From an uncultured Erysipelothrix sp. (GTDB lineage Bacteria; Bacillota_I; Bacilli_A; Erysipelotrichales; Erysipelotrichaceae), in the NCBI GenBank assembly GCA_964350055.1, contig CAYGIY010000001.1, positions 1 through 61,053 of the forward strand: a DNA stretch of 61,053 nucleotides. Direction: 5' to 3'. The notes under the pieces were generated by a model that had not been told where the DNA came from, ran no database searches, and saw only the letters and a program-made list of their open reading frames with translations. Below, one piece after another: positions 49,434 to 61,053 of the stretch. A program made the translations under genes and the position numbers. How positions within the stretch are numbered: position 1 is the first letter of the stretch; each line of letters opens with the position of its first letter.

Positions 49434-50381
49434 TCACTCCTTAAAAAACGTTTGGTCAAGCAACTTCGCAACTTTATCAGGATTATGTGTCACTAATCCA
49501 TCTTTAAAATCGAGCAAATTTGCTTCAATGATGGGATAAAGATGGGTTTCTTCAGTAATGATGATCGGATGAGTTTCTTCTTTTTCATAACGTAATAACA
49601 CGTCCAATGGAATGACATCATTGGCAACCACCACAGCATCTACATCATTTTTTGAATGTTCTAAAATGGCTTGAACATGATCTTCAACACTATAGCCATC
49701 CGTCTCACCTGTTTGACTCATCGCATTGCATACATATATTTTTTTAGCCGAAGATTTTGCTAATGCTTCTTGAAGATCTTCGATAATTAAATTCGGACAA
49801 ATACTTGTATAGAGTGATCCTACCCCATAGATAATAAAATCTGCATGATTAATCGCATTAATGGCTTGTCGTGAAGCACGCACATGTTCTTGATAGAAAA
49901 CTTCTTTAATGCGATTTCGTTTTGTGGGAATATTCGTTTCACCTTTTACAATCGTTCCATCCATCATCCGTGCATACAATGTAATCACTTGTAATGATGA
50001 AGGAACAATATCCCCTTTAACATTTAACACTTTTGATATAGTACCAATCGACTCCATAAAATTGCCACTGTTTTCAATCATTGCTGTAAGGATTAGATTC
50101 CCAAGATTATGACCACCAATTTCTGAATTTGCAGCATCTTTAAAGCGATAACTCATCAATCGAGACAGCAAAGTTTCTGATTCTGCCATTGCAATCATAA
50201 CATTACGAATATCACCCATGGCAGGTATATCAAATTGCTTTCTTAACCGACCAGTGCTTCCACCATCATCAGCAACCGTCACAAGACTCGTTAAATGTAT
50301 ATTAGGATTTAGTTTTAAACCTCTTAGCAGCGTTGCTTGGCCACGACCACCGCCAATAACAACAACTTTCTTCTTATCCAT
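49434..50381 (-). CDS. yvcK: YvcK/CofD-like gluconeogenesis factor (UPF0052)
   Basis: The product is 315 aa with the N-terminal motif VVVIGGGRGQATLLRGLK. Confidence 0.9.
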   Translation of the reverse strand: MDKKKVVVIGGGRGQATLLRGLKLNPNIHLTSLVTVADDGGSTGRLRKQFDIPAMGDIRNVMIAMAESETLLSRLMSYRFKDAANSEIGGHNLGNLILTAMIENSGNFMESIGTISKVLNVKGDIVPSSLQVITLYARMMDGTIVKGETNIPTKRNRIKEVFYQEHVRASRQAINAINHADFIIYGVGSLYTSICPNLIIEDLQEALAKSSAKKIYVCNAMSQTGETDGYSVEDHVQAILEHSKNDVDAVVVANDVIPLDVLLRYEKEETHPIIITEETHLYPIIEANLLDFKDGLVTHNPDKVAKLLDQTFFKE

Positions 50382-51237
50382 GGTTTGATTTCATATCACG
50401 ATGACGTTTGTAGCAATGGTACTGTGTACTAAATTGCTCAAACAACCAATTCACTGTCACGACAGATCGATGTTGTCCACCAGTACACCCAATAGCTACA
50501 GTAAAGTGATTTTTTCCTTCCTTTACATATTCTTTAAATGAGTAATTTAAAAAATCGTATAACTTCTCAAAATACTCGTGTGTTTGTTGTTGGTTCATTA
50601 CATAATCAATGACAGGTTGTTGTTCACCTGTTTGGTGTTTTAATGCTTCATCCCAAAAAGGATTCTTTAAAAAACGTACATCGAATATGAGATCAGAATC
50701 CATTGGAATCCCATTTTTATATCCAAATGAAATAAAACTGATGGTAAAAACAGGTTCTGAAGTTAGTTTAAACACCTCATTTAGTTTTTTGCGCAACTCA
50801 ATTTCAGTCAATTTAGATGTATCTACCGAAAAATATGCTTTTTCTTTAACATCTTCAAACATATACTTTTCAACTTCAATTGCTTCTTCTAATGTTTTGG
50901 CTTTATTTGAAAGTAACATTGGATGTGTACGTCTTGTTGACTTATAGCGTGCCAACAAGGTTTTAACATCAGCCTCTAAATAAAGGATGCGCACATCAGC
51001 GTCAATGTTGCGAAACCGGCGAATAAAATCTTGTAAATCTGAAGCAGTGGTTGCAATCGCAAGATTATCAAATCTTGGATCTTGTTCTTCAACTGCTAAA
51101 CGAATTAAATCGCGAATAAGCTGTGGTGGAAATTGATCAATAGCATGATAGCCCATATCCTCTAAAATGCCCATCGCAATTGTTTTCCCTGCCCCTGACA
51201 TTCCTGTAACTAAAATAATTTTCTGTTTAATCATCAT
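50374..51237 (-). CDS. rapZ: RNase adapter protein RapZ (YvcJ)
   Basis: The product is 287 aa with P-loop GMSGAGKT and the C-terminal motif GCTGGQHRSV. Confidence 0.92.
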   Translation of the reverse strand: MMIKQKIILVTGMSGAGKTIAMGILEDMGYHAIDQFPPQLIRDLIRLAVEEQDPRFDNLAIATTASDLQDFIRRFRNIDADVRILYLEADVKTLLARYKSTRRTHPMLLSNKAKTLEEAIEVEKYMFEDVKEKAYFSVDTSKLTEIELRKKLNEVFKLTSEPVFTISFISFGYKNGIPMDSDLIFDVRFLKNPFWDEALKHQTGEQQPVIDYVMNQQQTHEYFEKLYDFLNYSFKEYVKEGKNHFTVAIGCTGGQHRSVVTVNWLFEQFSTQYHCYKRHRDMKSNHG

Positions 51238-51290
51238 TTACACCTTCTCACCAACATTCTACCACGGAGCCTGGCGTTTCACAATAACAC

Positions 51291-51318
51291 CAAAAAGAAA
51301 ACATGTTTCCATGTTCTC
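51291..51318 (-). terminator. Rho-independent terminator of trxB
   Basis: On the minus strand, GAGAACAUG-GAAA-CAUGUUUUC forms an 8/9-bp stem followed by U5. It touches the TAG stop. Confidence 0.65.
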
Positions 51319-52247
51319 TACTTTGTTTCTAATTTTTGTATATAGTGAAATGCTTGTTGGGCAGCTACTGCGCCATCCCCTGTTGCTGTCACAATTTGAC
51401 GCAAAGGTTTTTCGCATACATCGCCTGCACCATATAATCCTGGAATTTCTGTTTCCATTTTATCGTTAACAATCATATACCCTTCTTCAGTTAGCAGGTT
51501 TAATTTTTTCACCATATTTGTTGCTGGATTAGCACCAATGTATTGAAACACTGCGTTTGTTTGTATCGTTTTTGATTGATGTGTTTGTGAATGCTCAAGT
51601 ACTAAACCACTTATTTTGTTATCGCTCACTTGATAAGCCACAGGTTTATGTAGCTTAATAAATTCAATTTTTGGATTTTGTGTTGCGACATCAATCGCTG
51701 CTTGATCAGCTCTAAATACATCTCGACGAATAATCACATATACCTTTGATGCAAACTGTGTTAAATAGACAGCTTCTTCAAGTGCTGAATTACCACCACC
51801 AATTACACTAACGACTTGTTCTTTATAAAACGCACCATCACAAACTGCACAAAATGAAACACCTCGACCAATAAGTTTTTCTTCACCTTCAAGATTTAAT
51901 CTATTTTCAACTGTTCCAGTCGCTACGATGACTGTTTTAGCATAATAAACATTATCTTGACAAACGACTTCAAAAGTTTTATCTTTCTTGATCACATCTT
52001 CGACATACCCATATTGGTATTGAACTCCTTGTGCTTGTGCATGTTCAAACATAGACATCGCTAAGTCAACTCCTGTTACACTTTGGATTCCTGGCCAATT
52101 GCATATTTCATATGTCTTTACTAACTTACCACCTGGTGCTTCTGGTTCTAACATCATGGCACTTAATCCTGCTCTTGCAGCATATATACCTGCTGTCATT
52201 CCTGCAGGACCAGCACCAAGAATGATTACGTCATAGAGCGTGTCCAT
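51318..52247 (-). CDS. trxB: Thioredoxin-disulfide reductase
   Basis: The product is 309 aa with FAD motif GAGPAG, redox-active CAVCDG and NADPH motif GGGNSA. Confidence 0.95.
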   Translation of the reverse strand: MDTLYDVIILGAGPAGMTAGIYAARAGLSAMMLEPEAPGGKLVKTYEICNWPGIQSVTGVDLAMSMFEHAQAQGVQYQYGYVEDVIKKDKTFEVVCQDNVYYAKTVIVATGTVENRLNLEGEEKLIGRGVSFCAVCDGAFYKEQVVSVIGGGNSALEEAVYLTQFASKVYVIIRRDVFRADQAAIDVATQNPKIEFIKLHKPVAYQVSDNKISGLVLEHSQTHQSKTIQTNAVFQYIGANPATNMVKKLNLLTEEGYMIVNDKMETEIPGLYGAGDVCEKPLRQIVTATGDGAVAAQQAFHYIQKLETK

Positions 52248-53680
52248 TCAACATCCTCCTTCAAAATCTTCAATATCTCACGCAAATCAGTGATAAATGC
52301 ATTTGGATTTTCTGCCTCTAGTTCTTCTTTTCGTGAAGTATTGGTCAACATAGCAATCGTATAAACACCTGCTGCATTGCCTGTTTTTATGTCGATAGCA
52401 GTATCCCCTATATAAACAACAGCATCATGACCTTTGTTAAGTTGTTTGCAAGCAGTAAATATCCCTTCTGGAGAAGGTTTATGATCTTTAACATCATCCA
52501 AACCAATAATCACATCAAATAATTCTCTCATATCAAACAGATCCATACCCATGTGTATGGCTGACTTTATTTTTGATGAAACAACCCCAACAAGATAACC
52601 TTGAGCTTTTAGTTCTAAAATCACTTCAACAGCATGTTCAATTGGTTTAACTCTTGTTTTATGCATTTCATTATTAATCTCTCGATATTCAGCAATCATA
52701 TCGTCTATGACTTCAGGATTAAAGAAACGACCGAATGTTTCGCTTAATGGTGGTCCAACAAAAGAATTTGCCATTTCAGAATCAAATTCAATCTCAGGAC
52801 GATGTTTTTGTATCACTTGCTTGATACCATCTTTCACCGTTTGTTCAGTATCCATGAGGGTTCCATCAAAATCAAACAACATGATTGGTTTTTCACGCTT
52901 GAATATTTTCCGAAAGACACCTAGAGTTCCAAGTACACCTACCACAATAAATAATATCGATACAAGCTGAGCAGATCGTAGGCCAAAGAACATCAAACTG
53001 TCCGAGCGAAATCCTTCAATAAAGAAACGGGTAACACCATACCACATTAAGTAAGCATACATCAAATCACCGCGTTTAATTTTGGAGAATCGCTTATAAA
53101 CAAATACAATAAGTAAAAATCCAACGATATTCAACGTGGATTCGTAAAAGAATGTTGGTTCTCGAAACGCACCATTAATATACATATGATCAGCAATAAA
53201 CCGTGGCCATCCAGAATAGAATGATTCATCAACAATTCTTCCAAAAGCTTCTTGATTTAAAAAGTTTCCCCAACGTCCCAGTGCTTGCGCAATCAAAATA
53301 TTAGGAACAATCGCATCCGCTAATCGCATAAACGATATGTTATGGCGTTTTACATACCAATACCCAAATGCAGCACCAAAAACAAGGCCACCTTGAATTG
53401 CAAGGCCACCTTCCCAGGTCATAAATATTTCTAAAGGGTTTTTTAGATAATATCCTAAATCATAAAATGCCACAAACCATAATCGAGATCCAACTACCCC
53501 GGATAATAACGCCCCAATAAATAAGTCATCACCCATCTTCGAGTTATAACCCATTTTTTTAAGATTACGTAAACTAAAGTAATAGGCCGAAAATGCACCT
53601 ATTAAAATCAAAATTGCATACCATTTTAACGAAATTGGTCCTACAGTGATAAATGTTTGCATGTCTTCAAAAAAACGCAT
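52226..53680 (-). CDS. lgt: Fusion protein: prolipoprotein diacylglyceryl transferase (Lgt) plus a C-terminal HAD-family phosphatase (PpaX-like)
   Basis: A single 484-aa ORF. Residues 1 to ~265 are polytopic Lgt, with the GRWGNFLNQEAFG signature. Residues ~270-484 carry HAD motifs I to IV (FDFDGTL, VSSK, K...GD). Confidence 0.85.
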   Translation of the reverse strand: MRFFEDMQTFITVGPISLKWYAILILIGAFSAYYFSLRNLKKMGYNSKMGDDLFIGALLSGVVGSRLWFVAFYDLGYYLKNPLEIFMTWEGGLAIQGGLVFGAAFGYWYVKRHNISFMRLADAIVPNILIAQALGRWGNFLNQEAFGRIVDESFYSGWPRFIADHMYINGAFREPTFFYESTLNIVGFLLIVFVYKRFSKIKRGDLMYAYLMWYGVTRFFIEGFRSDSLMFFGLRSAQLVSILFIVVGVLGTLGVFRKIFKREKPIMLFDFDGTLMDTEQTVKDGIKQVIQKHRPEIEFDSEMANSFVGPPLSETFGRFFNPEVIDDMIAEYREINNEMHKTRVKPIEHAVEVILELKAQGYLVGVVSSKIKSAIHMGMDLFDMRELFDVIIGLDDVKDHKPSPEGIFTACKQLNKGHDAVVYIGDTAIDIKTGNAAGVYTIAMLTNTSRKEELEAENPNAFITDLREILKILKEDVEWTRSMT

Positions 53681-53685
53681 AATTA

Positions 53686-54639
53686 TTACTCCTTATTGTT
53701 GTTGTTTTGATCAACGATAAATTGGTACACACGATTATCAAATTCAACACTTGCATCAATACCTTTTTCTTTAAGTGTAAAATCAGTCACGGCTGCTTCA
53801 ATGAGCACCGCTAAGTTACGACCTTCTTTTACAGGGAAAACCAGTTGTGGGACTTCAACTCCCATCATTGAATGATAGGTATTACTATCAATGCCCACTC
53901 GTTTATAGGCTTTGCCATCTTTCCATTTCTCCAAATAGACAATAAAATCTATTCTTACTTGATCTAGCAAAGCACTTGCACCAAACATACGTTGAACATC
54001 AATGACACCAATGCCACGAAGTTCAAGCATCCCTTTAAGCAACGCTGGTGCAAAACCAATAATATGATTATGAACACGTCTTACGTCAACGCGATCATCA
54101 GAAATCAAAACATGTCCTTTACGAATCAGCTCTAATCCAACTTCACTTTTACCCATACCACTATCACCAGTAATGAGCACACCTTTACCAAAGACACTCA
54201 TGAGAACCCCATGAATCGTATCAATGGGTGCTAACTGCTCATCTAAATAAGAAATAACATCGACCATAAGCTGATATGTTTTCATACCTGTGGTGAAAAT
54301 TGGAAAATTTTTAAATTGGGCAATCTCATATAAAACTTCAGGGCACTCATAATCACGTGCAAGGATAATCCCTGGTGTATAACCATCTGTTAAACGATCA
54401 AAAACTTCTCGTTGCAATGCATCATCCATCTGTGCGATATAAGCCATTTCTTTATCACCCATGATGTTGATTCTTCGAGGTTCTGTGTGCTCAAAAAAGC
54501 CAACCAATTCTAAACCAGGACGATTCACATCAGGTACCACAACCCAACGATCCAATGATTCTTCATTCCCAGTAATTTGCTTAAACTTGAAATATTCATT
54601 AAACTTACGCATTGTACATTTTTCTTCAAACACCACCAT
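53686..54639 (-). CDS. hprK: HPr kinase/phosphorylase
   Basis: The product is 317 aa with Walker A GDSGMGKSE and the signature LELRGIGVIDV. ATG 54639 follows GGAGGA by only 1-2 nt, so ATG 54612 is an alternative start. Confidence 0.92.
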   Translation of the reverse strand: MVVFEEKCTMRKFNEYFKFKQITGNEESLDRWVVVPDVNRPGLELVGFFEHTEPRRINIMGDKEMAYIAQMDDALQREVFDRLTDGYTPGIILARDYECPEVLYEIAQFKNFPIFTTGMKTYQLMVDVISYLDEQLAPIDTIHGVLMSVFGKGVLITGDSGMGKSEVGLELIRKGHVLISDDRVDVRRVHNHIIGFAPALLKGMLELRGIGVIDVQRMFGASALLDQVRIDFIVYLEKWKDGKAYKRVGIDSNTYHSMMGVEVPQLVFPVKEGRNLAVLIEAAVTDFTLKEKGIDASVEFDNRVYQFIVDQNNNNKE

Positions 54640-54645
54640 GTCCTC

Positions 54646-57468
54646 CTACGCTTCTAATACCTTTTTTAAGTATTGTCCAGTATAACTTTTTGGATTCTTT
54701 GCAAGTTGTTCTGGTGTTCCCACACCCACGACATAACCACCTTCATCGCCACCTTCAGGTCCTAAATCGATGATGTAATCAGCACTTTTAATCATATCTA
54801 AGTTGTGTTCGATGACGATAACAGTATCCCCATTATCAACGATTTTCAATAAAACCTTAAGTAATTTTCCTACATCTTCACTATGCAATCCCGTAGTAGG
54901 CTCATCTAGGATAAACACTGTTTTTCCGGTTGCCCTTTTTTGAAGTTCACTTGCTAGCTTCACACGTTGTGCTTCACCACCAGATAATGTGGTTGCTGGT
55001 TGACCTAATTGAATATAGCCAAGTCCAACATCTTGCAATATTTTCAAACGATGTGCAATCTTATGAATGTTCTCAAAGAATAGCAATGCTTCATCAATTG
55101 TCATATCAAGGATTTGATAAATATTTTTATCTTTATAAGTGATTTGCAGTGTTTCATCATTGTAACGTTTACCTTCACATGCTTCACATTGAACATAAAC
55201 ATCTGGTAAAAAGTGCATGGAAATTCGCTTAACACCATCTCCTTGACATAACTCACACCTTCCACCTTTTACATTAAATGAAAATCGTCCTTTTAGATAC
55301 CCTCTTTTTTTAGATTCTTTGCTCATGGCAAACAAATCACGAATATCATCAAAAATTCCAGTATAGGTAACAGGATTAGATCGAGGTGTTCTTCCTATTG
55401 GATCTTGATCAATAACAATGACTTTATCAATGTGTTCTAAACCAAGAACTTTTTCAACTTGCCCTGGTTTAATTTTAGCACGTCCCAAATGCAGTTGCAT
55501 TTTTTTGGCGAGCACTTCATTAACAAGTGATGATTTACCACTACCGCTGACACCTGTCACAAGTGTTAAGGTATTAAGTGGTACCTTTACAGTGATATCT
55601 TTTAAGTTATTTTCTTTGGCCTTAATAATCTCAATAACATGCCCATTTCCTGTTTTTCTTATTTGAGGTATCTCAATTTTTCTCTTTTTAGATAAATACA
55701 ACCCCGTAATGCTATTTGGATTATTCATGATCTCTGCCACCGTGCCATTAGCAACGACTTCACCACCATTTAAACCAGCACCTGGTCCAATATCAACAAT
55801 CCAATCAGACGCCATCATCGTTTCTTCATCATGCTCAACAACAATCAGCGAATTTCCCAAGTCTCTCATGCTTTTTAGAGTATTGATTAATTTTGCGTTG
55901 TCACGTTGATGCAAACCAATCGAAGGTTCATCTAAAACATAGAGCACACCTGTTAAACGTGATCCAATTTGTGTTGCCAATCGGATGCGTTGCGCTTCAC
56001 CACCAGATAGTGTACCTGCGATACGATCAAGCGTTAAGTATTCTAATCCAACATCCTTTAAAAAGGATAACCGTTCATGAATTTCTTTTAGTACTAATCG
56101 TGCAATTTCAGCTTGCATATCAGTTAGTGTTAACTCTTTCATAAAGCCAAGTGCTTGCTTAACTGACATACTTGTCCATTCATTAATGTTCTTGCCTTGA
56201 ATCTGCACACTTAAAGCCATTGGGTTTAAGCGTCGGCCATGACATACTGTACAAGTAGCTTCACTCATAAAGGTACCATACCACTCACGTGCCCCTTGTG
56301 AAGTCGTCTCCATAAATCGTCTTGTAATCAAATTAGCCACACCTTCGATATAATCATTACGCATAAACTTATTACCTGAACGCGATTCAATTGTATAGGC
56401 GATTGGTTCACGTGAGCCATGCATCAAAATATCAATTTGATCAGCAGACAATTGATTCAATGGTACATCCAAAGAAATGTCATAATGTTTACATAGTGTG
56501 GCAAAGTTTTGCCATTCTATATTTTCTGAGCCTGCAATATTCTTATAATAGACAATGCCACCTTGAAGAATTGATTTATCTTTATTTGGCATGAGATAAT
56601 CGTAATCAACTTGTTGTGTCACACCTAAACCTTTACAGTTTTCACAAGCACCCAAAGGTGAATTAAACGAAAATAAACGTGGTTCAAGACGTGAAATTGA
56701 AAATCCGCATTCAATACATGAATAGTTTTGAGAAAAAATATGTTCTTGTTTATTAACAACAACTAAAGCTAACCCCTCGGTAAGTTTAAGTGCCGATTCT
56801 AATGACTCATACAAACGTGAACGAGAATCACTTTTCTTAATTAAACGATCAACCATGATATCAATGTCATGTTTGTTGTTTTTACTTAGTGTTATTTCTT
56901 CTTCGAGCATACGCAATTCTTTATTCACTCGCACCCGAACAAAACCTTCTTTTAAAAATTTAGCGAATTTATCTTTATGAGTTCCCTTTTCTTGATGCAC
57001 CACAGGTGCATAGATTTCAATACGAGACCCTTCTTCATATTCCATGATTTGATCTACCATTTGTGAAATACTCACAGCCACAATTGGATGATGATGAATC
57101 GGACAAAATGGTGTTCCAATCCGTCCATACATCAATCTTAAATAATCATATATTTCTGTCACTGTCCCAACTGTTGAACGTGGATTATTATGAGTCGTTT
57201 TTTGGTCAATGGAAATAGCTGGTGATAAACCCTCAATGAGATCAACATCTGGTTTTTCCATATTATCTAAAAATTGTCGCGCATACGCACTTAAAGATTC
57301 AACATATCGACGTTGACCTTCGGCATATATCGTGTCAAATGCCAATGACGTTTTACCACTTCCAGACAAACCAGTCATAATGACCAACTTATTGCGAGGA
57401 ATAGTTAAACTGATATTTTTAAGGTTGTGGACTCGCGCCCCTTTTATTACTATTTCTTCTTTACTCAT
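54646..57468 (-). CDS. uvrA: Excinuclease ABC subunit UvrA
   Basis: The product is 940 aa with two ABC ATPase modules ([18 protein letters not shown]) and Zn-finger cysteines. Confidence 0.97.
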   Translation of the reverse strand: MSKEEIVIKGARVHNLKNISLTIPRNKLVIMTGLSGSGKTSLAFDTIYAEGQRRYVESLSAYARQFLDNMEKPDVDLIEGLSPAISIDQKTTHNNPRSTVGTVTEIYDYLRLMYGRIGTPFCPIHHHPIVAVSISQMVDQIMEYEEGSRIEIYAPVVHQEKGTHKDKFAKFLKEGFVRVRVNKELRMLEEEITLSKNNKHDIDIMVDRLIKKSDSRSRLYESLESALKLTEGLALVVVNKQEHIFSQNYSCIECGFSISRLEPRLFSFNSPLGACENCKGLGVTQQVDYDYLMPNKDKSILQGGIVYYKNIAGSENIEWQNFATLCKHYDISLDVPLNQLSADQIDILMHGSREPIAYTIESRSGNKFMRNDYIEGVANLITRRFMETTSQGAREWYGTFMSEATCTVCHGRRLNPMALSVQIQGKNINEWTSMSVKQALGFMKELTLTDMQAEIARLVLKEIHERLSFLKDVGLEYLTLDRIAGTLSGGEAQRIRLATQIGSRLTGVLYVLDEPSIGLHQRDNAKLINTLKSMRDLGNSLIVVEHDEETMMASDWIVDIGPGAGLNGGEVVANGTVAEIMNNPNSITGLYLSKKRKIEIPQIRKTGNGHVIEIIKAKENNLKDITVKVPLNTLTLVTGVSGSGKSSLVNEVLAKKMQLHLGRAKIKPGQVEKVLGLEHIDKVIVIDQDPIGRTPRSNPVTYTGIFDDIRDLFAMSKESKKRGYLKGRFSFNVKGGRCELCQGDGVKRISMHFLPDVYVQCEACEGKRYNDETLQITYKDKNIYQILDMTIDEALLFFENIHKIAHRLKILQDVGLGYIQLGQPATTLSGGEAQRVKLASELQKRATGKTVFILDEPTTGLHSEDVGKLLKVLLKIVDNGDTVIVIEHNLDMIKSADYIIDLGPEGGDEGGYVVGVGTPEQLAKNPKSYTGQYLKKVLEA

Positions 57469-57553
57469 ATAGCCTCCAGATGAACATTATTATACATGAT
57501 AGCACTAATTTAAAAAACACGCATGCAAGAAATAAAAAGAGGGTACTCCCCTT

Positions 57554-59530
57554 TTATTGGCTCTTTAGTTCTAAAACAATATCACGCAACATAGCTGCGC
57601 GTTCAAAATCCAAGACACGTGCTGCATCATGCATTTCTTTTTCAAGATCAACAATTATTTGCTCTTGTTGCTTCTTATTGGTTTTAGTTTTCTTTTGCAA
57701 CATCTTCATGGCCATTTCTTGAGTTTCTTTACCCGCTATAACATCTCTGATTTCCTTAACAATTGTTGTAGGTGTAATATTGTATTCTTGATTGTGCGCT
57801 AATTGAACATCGCGACGACGATTGGTTTCTTCAATGGCATGACGCATCGAATCTGTCATGCGATCGGCATACATGATGACTGTCCCATCTGAATTTCGAG
57901 CTGCACGACCAATCGTCTGCACTAAAGCACGATAAGAACGTAAAAAGCCTTCTTTATCAGCATCAAGAATGGCAACCAATGATACTTCTGGGATATCAAT
58001 TCCTTCTCTTAATAAATTTATCCCAACCAAGACATCGTATTTTCCTTTACGTAATTGACGGATTACCTCAATTCGTTCAAGTGTTTTTGTTTCATGATGC
58101 AAGTAAATCGCCTTAATACCTTCTCCAACTAAATAAGATGTTAAATCTTCAGCCATTTTAACTGTTAAAGTGGTGATTAAAACGCGTTGATTAATATTTT
58201 TCCTTAGATTTACCTGATCAATAAGGTCATCAATTTGACCTTTACTTGGCTTAACAACAACCGTTGGATCAATCAGCCCAGTTGGGCGAATGATTTGTTC
58301 AACAACATCACGATTTGTTTTATTAAGTTCAAAGTCACCAGGCGTTGCTGAAACATAAACTGTTTGTTTTTGAATGGCTAAAAACTCATCAAAATTTAGT
58401 GGTCGATTATCAAGTGCAGAAGGAAGTCTAAATCCATACTCAACCAACACTTGTTTTCTTGAACGATCACCATTAAACATCCCTTTTACTTGAGGTATGC
58501 TGACGTGTGATTCATCAATGACAAATAAATAATCATCACCAAAATAGTCAAACAGAGTAAATGGTCGCTGACCAGGTTCTCTTTGATCAATATGTCTTGA
58601 GTAGTTTTCAATGCCTGAACAATATCCAAATTCTCGTAGTGCTTCTATGTCATAGCGAGTCCTTTGCTCTAGGCGTTGTTTCTCAACTAGTTTGTTTTGA
58701 TCAGTCAATACTTTTAACTGTTCATCTAGTTCAGCTTCAATTGTCTTTGCTGCTTCTAGTATTTGAGGTTGAAGACGCGCATACTCAGTTGCTGGAAAGA
58801 TATGATAAATACGATATCCTTCAATTACATTATAAGTTACCGGATCAACTTCTGTGATGCGCTCGATTGTATCATCAAACATCTCAATGCGTAGCACAAA
58901 TGAATCTGTGTATCCAAGATTAATATCTATGACATCTCCCTTTACACGAAAGGTCCCCTTTAAACGATCAATATCATTGCGTGAATATTGACGATCAATC
59001 AACAATTGCAACAGTTCATCGCGATCCATTTTCTCTTCAACACGTAATGTAAAAAACATATCCTTATATGATTCAGGATCACTTGAAGCATAAATACATG
59101 CCACTGATGCAACAACAATCGTATCACGTCTTGTTAGGATACTATTAATCGCAGATAGCCTGAGCATATCTAATTCTTGATTAATCATGGCTGTTTTTTC
59201 AATGTAAGTATCTGTTCTAGGCATATAAGCTTCTGGTTGATAGTAATCAAAATTAGAGACAAAGTACTCGACACGATTATGTGGAAATAATTGCTTAAAT
59301 TCTGAGTACAATTGCCCAGCTAATGTTTTATTATGAGCTAATACTAAAGTAGGTTTATTCACCTGGGTAATGACATTTGCCATAGTAAATGTCTTACCTG
59401 TTGCTGTTGCCCCTAATAATACTTGATCTTTTTTTCCACTTTCAATACCAGCAACAAGCTCTTGTATTGCTTTTGGTTGATCCCCTTTGGGTTGATAATC
59501 TGATACAAGCTGAAACCTATGTTCACTCAT
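57554..59530 (-). CDS. uvrB: Excinuclease ABC subunit UvrB
   Basis: The product is 658 aa with helicase motif I GATATGKT, a DESH box and the C-terminal UVR domain. Confidence 0.97.
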   Translation of the reverse strand: MSEHRFQLVSDYQPKGDQPKAIQELVAGIESGKKDQVLLGATATGKTFTMANVITQVNKPTLVLAHNKTLAGQLYSEFKQLFPHNRVEYFVSNFDYYQPEAYMPRTDTYIEKTAMINQELDMLRLSAINSILTRRDTIVVASVACIYASSDPESYKDMFFTLRVEEKMDRDELLQLLIDRQYSRNDIDRLKGTFRVKGDVIDINLGYTDSFVLRIEMFDDTIERITEVDPVTYNVIEGYRIYHIFPATEYARLQPQILEAAKTIEAELDEQLKVLTDQNKLVEKQRLEQRTRYDIEALREFGYCSGIENYSRHIDQREPGQRPFTLFDYFGDDYLFVIDESHVSIPQVKGMFNGDRSRKQVLVEYGFRLPSALDNRPLNFDEFLAIQKQTVYVSATPGDFELNKTNRDVVEQIIRPTGLIDPTVVVKPSKGQIDDLIDQVNLRKNINQRVLITTLTVKMAEDLTSYLVGEGIKAIYLHHETKTLERIEVIRQLRKGKYDVLVGINLLREGIDIPEVSLVAILDADKEGFLRSYRALVQTIGRAARNSDGTVIMYADRMTDSMRHAIEETNRRRDVQLAHNQEYNITPTTIVKEIRDVIAGKETQEMAMKMLQKKTKTNKKQQEQIIVDLEKEMHDAARVLDFERAAMLRDIVLELKSQ

Positions 59531-61007
59531 AAAACAATCCTATAGCAACTTGTAATTGTAAATCAACAGCACGGCGATTCGTATACCATTTTCGTAGCAC
59601 TTCTGTTCGAATAACTTGGTAAGAAGTTGCTGTTAATGCATCATTGACTACTAAATTATTGTCTTGGTTGAATGCATTGATGGCATTGATGGTTGTTTGC
59701 GACATGTAGCCATCCATACGATCCACATCATAACCAATAAAATCCAATGCTTTTTGAACATATAGTGCGTATTCTGAAACTTGATCAAACAATATAACTA
59801 AGTCTTCATCCATCATACCAACTTCTTGATAAAATGCAGGATGTTGTTTAACTTCAACATCTGGTTTAATTCCAACATCTTGAATCAAGTTGCCTTGAGG
59901 TGTTAACCATTGTGCGGTTGTGAGTTTTAGTGCACTTCCATCACTAAATGGTCGTGTCACTTGCACAGACCCTTTACCAAATGTTGTTTCTCCCACTACA
60001 ATCACACCTGCTTGCTCTTTGAGTGCTGCTGTTAATACTTCTGAAGCACTTGCTGTATTTCCATTAACCAAAATGATGATTTTAGTAAAATTATCATAAT
60101 AGTTGTCTTTTGTGACTCTTCCAATTTCAACTTGTTCATCTTTATATTTCTGTTGAATCACAACAGTGTCTTTCTCTAAGAAAAACGAAGCAATATTTAA
60201 CAGTGAATCTAAATAACCACCACCATTATCTCTCATATCTATGATTAAATTTTCAATGTTTAATGACGCCATGTCATCTAAGTATTCTTTAACTTCAAGA
60301 TGTGTTGTTGAGCCAAATTGATTAATCTCAATTAGTCCAATCTCATTATTGATGATTTCACCATAAGCAGAGTTACGTACCTCACCGCGTTCTATTTCCT
60401 TGGTAATAATTTCATTAGCGCGGATAAAATCAATGGTGACGATTGTTCCTGCTTCTCCCATGACAATAGCTGCAATGTCACTTGTTGGCATCCCTTCAAC
60501 TTCAATGCCCTCTACACGATAAATAATATCTCCTGGCATCACACCAAAACGCTCAGCTGGTGAGTTTTTAAAAACACGCTCAACGATGTTAATCCCATCA
60601 ATCACATAGAATTGTACACCAATTCCAACAAACCCCATATCAATGGATTGTTCAAAATCAAGTATTTCTTGTGCTGTCATATAGGATGTATAGGGGTCAC
60701 CATTTAAGTCAAACATGCCATCAATTGCATTTTGAAGCAACCATGCCTGAATATCTTCAATATCTTTACCATAGTACCAAGTATTACTTAGTTGTCCAAT
60801 GATTGCATCGAGACGAGCATATTTTGACTCATCAATATCAATCGGTTGAATCGATTGTGCAGAACTGCCAAAAAACCACCCACTTGTAAACGAGAATAAA
60901 ACCGCTAATATGACGACCCGAATCACCCAACGCTGTTTCCGTTTTTTAATCTTTTCATCTGGCCATTCATGTCTTGTGAGTTTCACATATACTTTTTCAT
61001 CTTCCAT
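59523..61007 (-). CDS. S41 family carboxy-terminal processing peptidase with PDZ and C-terminal peptidoglycan-binding domains
   Basis: The track start 61016 is a GTG. ATG 61007 has AGGTGA 5 nt upstream. The product has an N-terminal TM anchor, a PDZ segment ([10 protein letters not shown]), the S41 catalytic region (NGNTASASE...GKGS) and a PG_binding_1-like tail ([27 protein letters not shown]). Confidence 0.88.
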   Translation of the reverse strand: MEDEKVYVKLTRHEWPDEKIKKRKQRWVIRVVILAVLFSFTSGWFFGSSAQSIQPIDIDESKYARLDAIIGQLSNTWYYGKDIEDIQAWLLQNAIDGMFDLNGDPYTSYMTAQEILDFEQSIDMGFVGIGVQFYVIDGINIVERVFKNSPAERFGVMPGDIIYRVEGIEVEGMPTSDIAAIVMGEAGTIVTIDFIRANEIITKEIERGEVRNSAYGEIINNEIGLIEINQFGSTTHLEVKEYLDDMASLNIENLIIDMRDNGGGYLDSLLNIASFFLEKDTVVIQQKYKDEQVEIGRVTKDNYYDNFTKIIILVNGNTASASEVLTAALKEQAGVIVVGETTFGKGSVQVTRPFSDGSALKLTTAQWLTPQGNLIQDVGIKPDVEVKQHPAFYQEVGMMDEDLVILFDQVSEYALYVQKALDFIGYDVDRMDGYMSQTTINAINAFNQDNNLVVNDALTATSYQVIRTEVLRKWYTNRRAVDLQLQVAIGLFYE

Positions 61008-61053
61008 AAAAGTCACCTACTTTTCATTGAAATTTACTCATGCTTTATTATAT

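Noticed and set aside
57469-57553. Possible LexA (Cheo) box in the uvrB-uvrA spacer (GAACAT...)
   Set aside because: Only one half-site-like GAAC is present, with no matching GTTC at N4 spacing. The real operon start would lie upstream of uvrB, which overlaps the ctp gene.
57530-57556. Possible terminator hairpin after uvrB (AGGGGAGTACCCTCTTTTT on the minus strand)
   Set aside because: The stem is only 3-4 bp. That is too weak to call, and uvrB-uvrA are expected to be co-transcribed.
1-61053. Possibility that this is a Mollicutes genome using genetic code 4 (TGA = Trp)
   Set aside because: TGA terminates well-defined genes at the expected length: truA at 859-861 and the small ORF at 47903-47905. 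All conserved Trp positions examined use TGG. Peptidoglycan-related and lipoprotein genes are present (Lgt, and a PG-binding Ctp protease).
1-61053. Search for CRISPR arrays, tRNA/rRNA genes, IS elements, integrases and phage or defence genes
   Set aside because: Every intergenic gap over 45 nt was read on both strands. They contain only promoters, leaders and terminators. No cloverleaf-capable sequence, spaced direct-repeat array or transposase/recombinase-like ORF was seen.

Overview
This 61-kb window is almost entirely coded on the minus strand and is core genome from a low-GC Bacillota-type organism. It uses the standard genetic code: TGA acts as a stop (e.g. truA, and the small membrane ORF at 47903) and Trp is TGG. 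Gene order mirrors three Bacillus subtilis-like blocks joined together. Block 1 is ctp-uvrB-uvrA-hprK-lgt::HAD-trxB-rapZ-yvcK-whiA. Next come a small XRE / membrane protein / DUF2156 / GNAT cassette and a solitary gap gene. Block 2 is an ABC-2 exporter, a cyclase, then cysS-mrnC-rlmB-sigH-like-rpmG-secE-nusG-rplKA, an inserted padR/HAAS pair, rplJL, a ybxB-like MTase, rpoBC, rpsLG, fusA and tuf. Block 3 follows one plus-strand methyltransferase: the complete S10/spc/alpha cluster (rpsJ to rplQ), then an O-methyltransferase, a small membrane protein, ecfA1A2T, truA and a PHP phosphatase. Two ribosomal protein genes missing from the ORF track (rpmJ, rpmG) were found by hand translation. Several ORF-track starts were trimmed to ATG/GTG codons that have Shine-Dalgarno sequences. 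I saw no rRNA, tRNA, CRISPR array, transposase, integrase or phage genes. I do not see a convincing defence-type novel system here. The most interesting non-core items are: (1) the XRE / 78-aa membrane protein / stand-alone MprF-type transferase / Eis-like GNAT cassette; (2) a PadR-HAAS sensor pair splitting rplKA from rplJL; (3) an acidic C-terminal tail on L10 built from a perfect 69-bp tandem repeat; (4) an Lgt-HAD phosphatase gene fusion; (5) a predicted leaderless Zn-ribbon methyltransferase. All functional calls rest on motif recognition by eye and on synteny. No database search was run.
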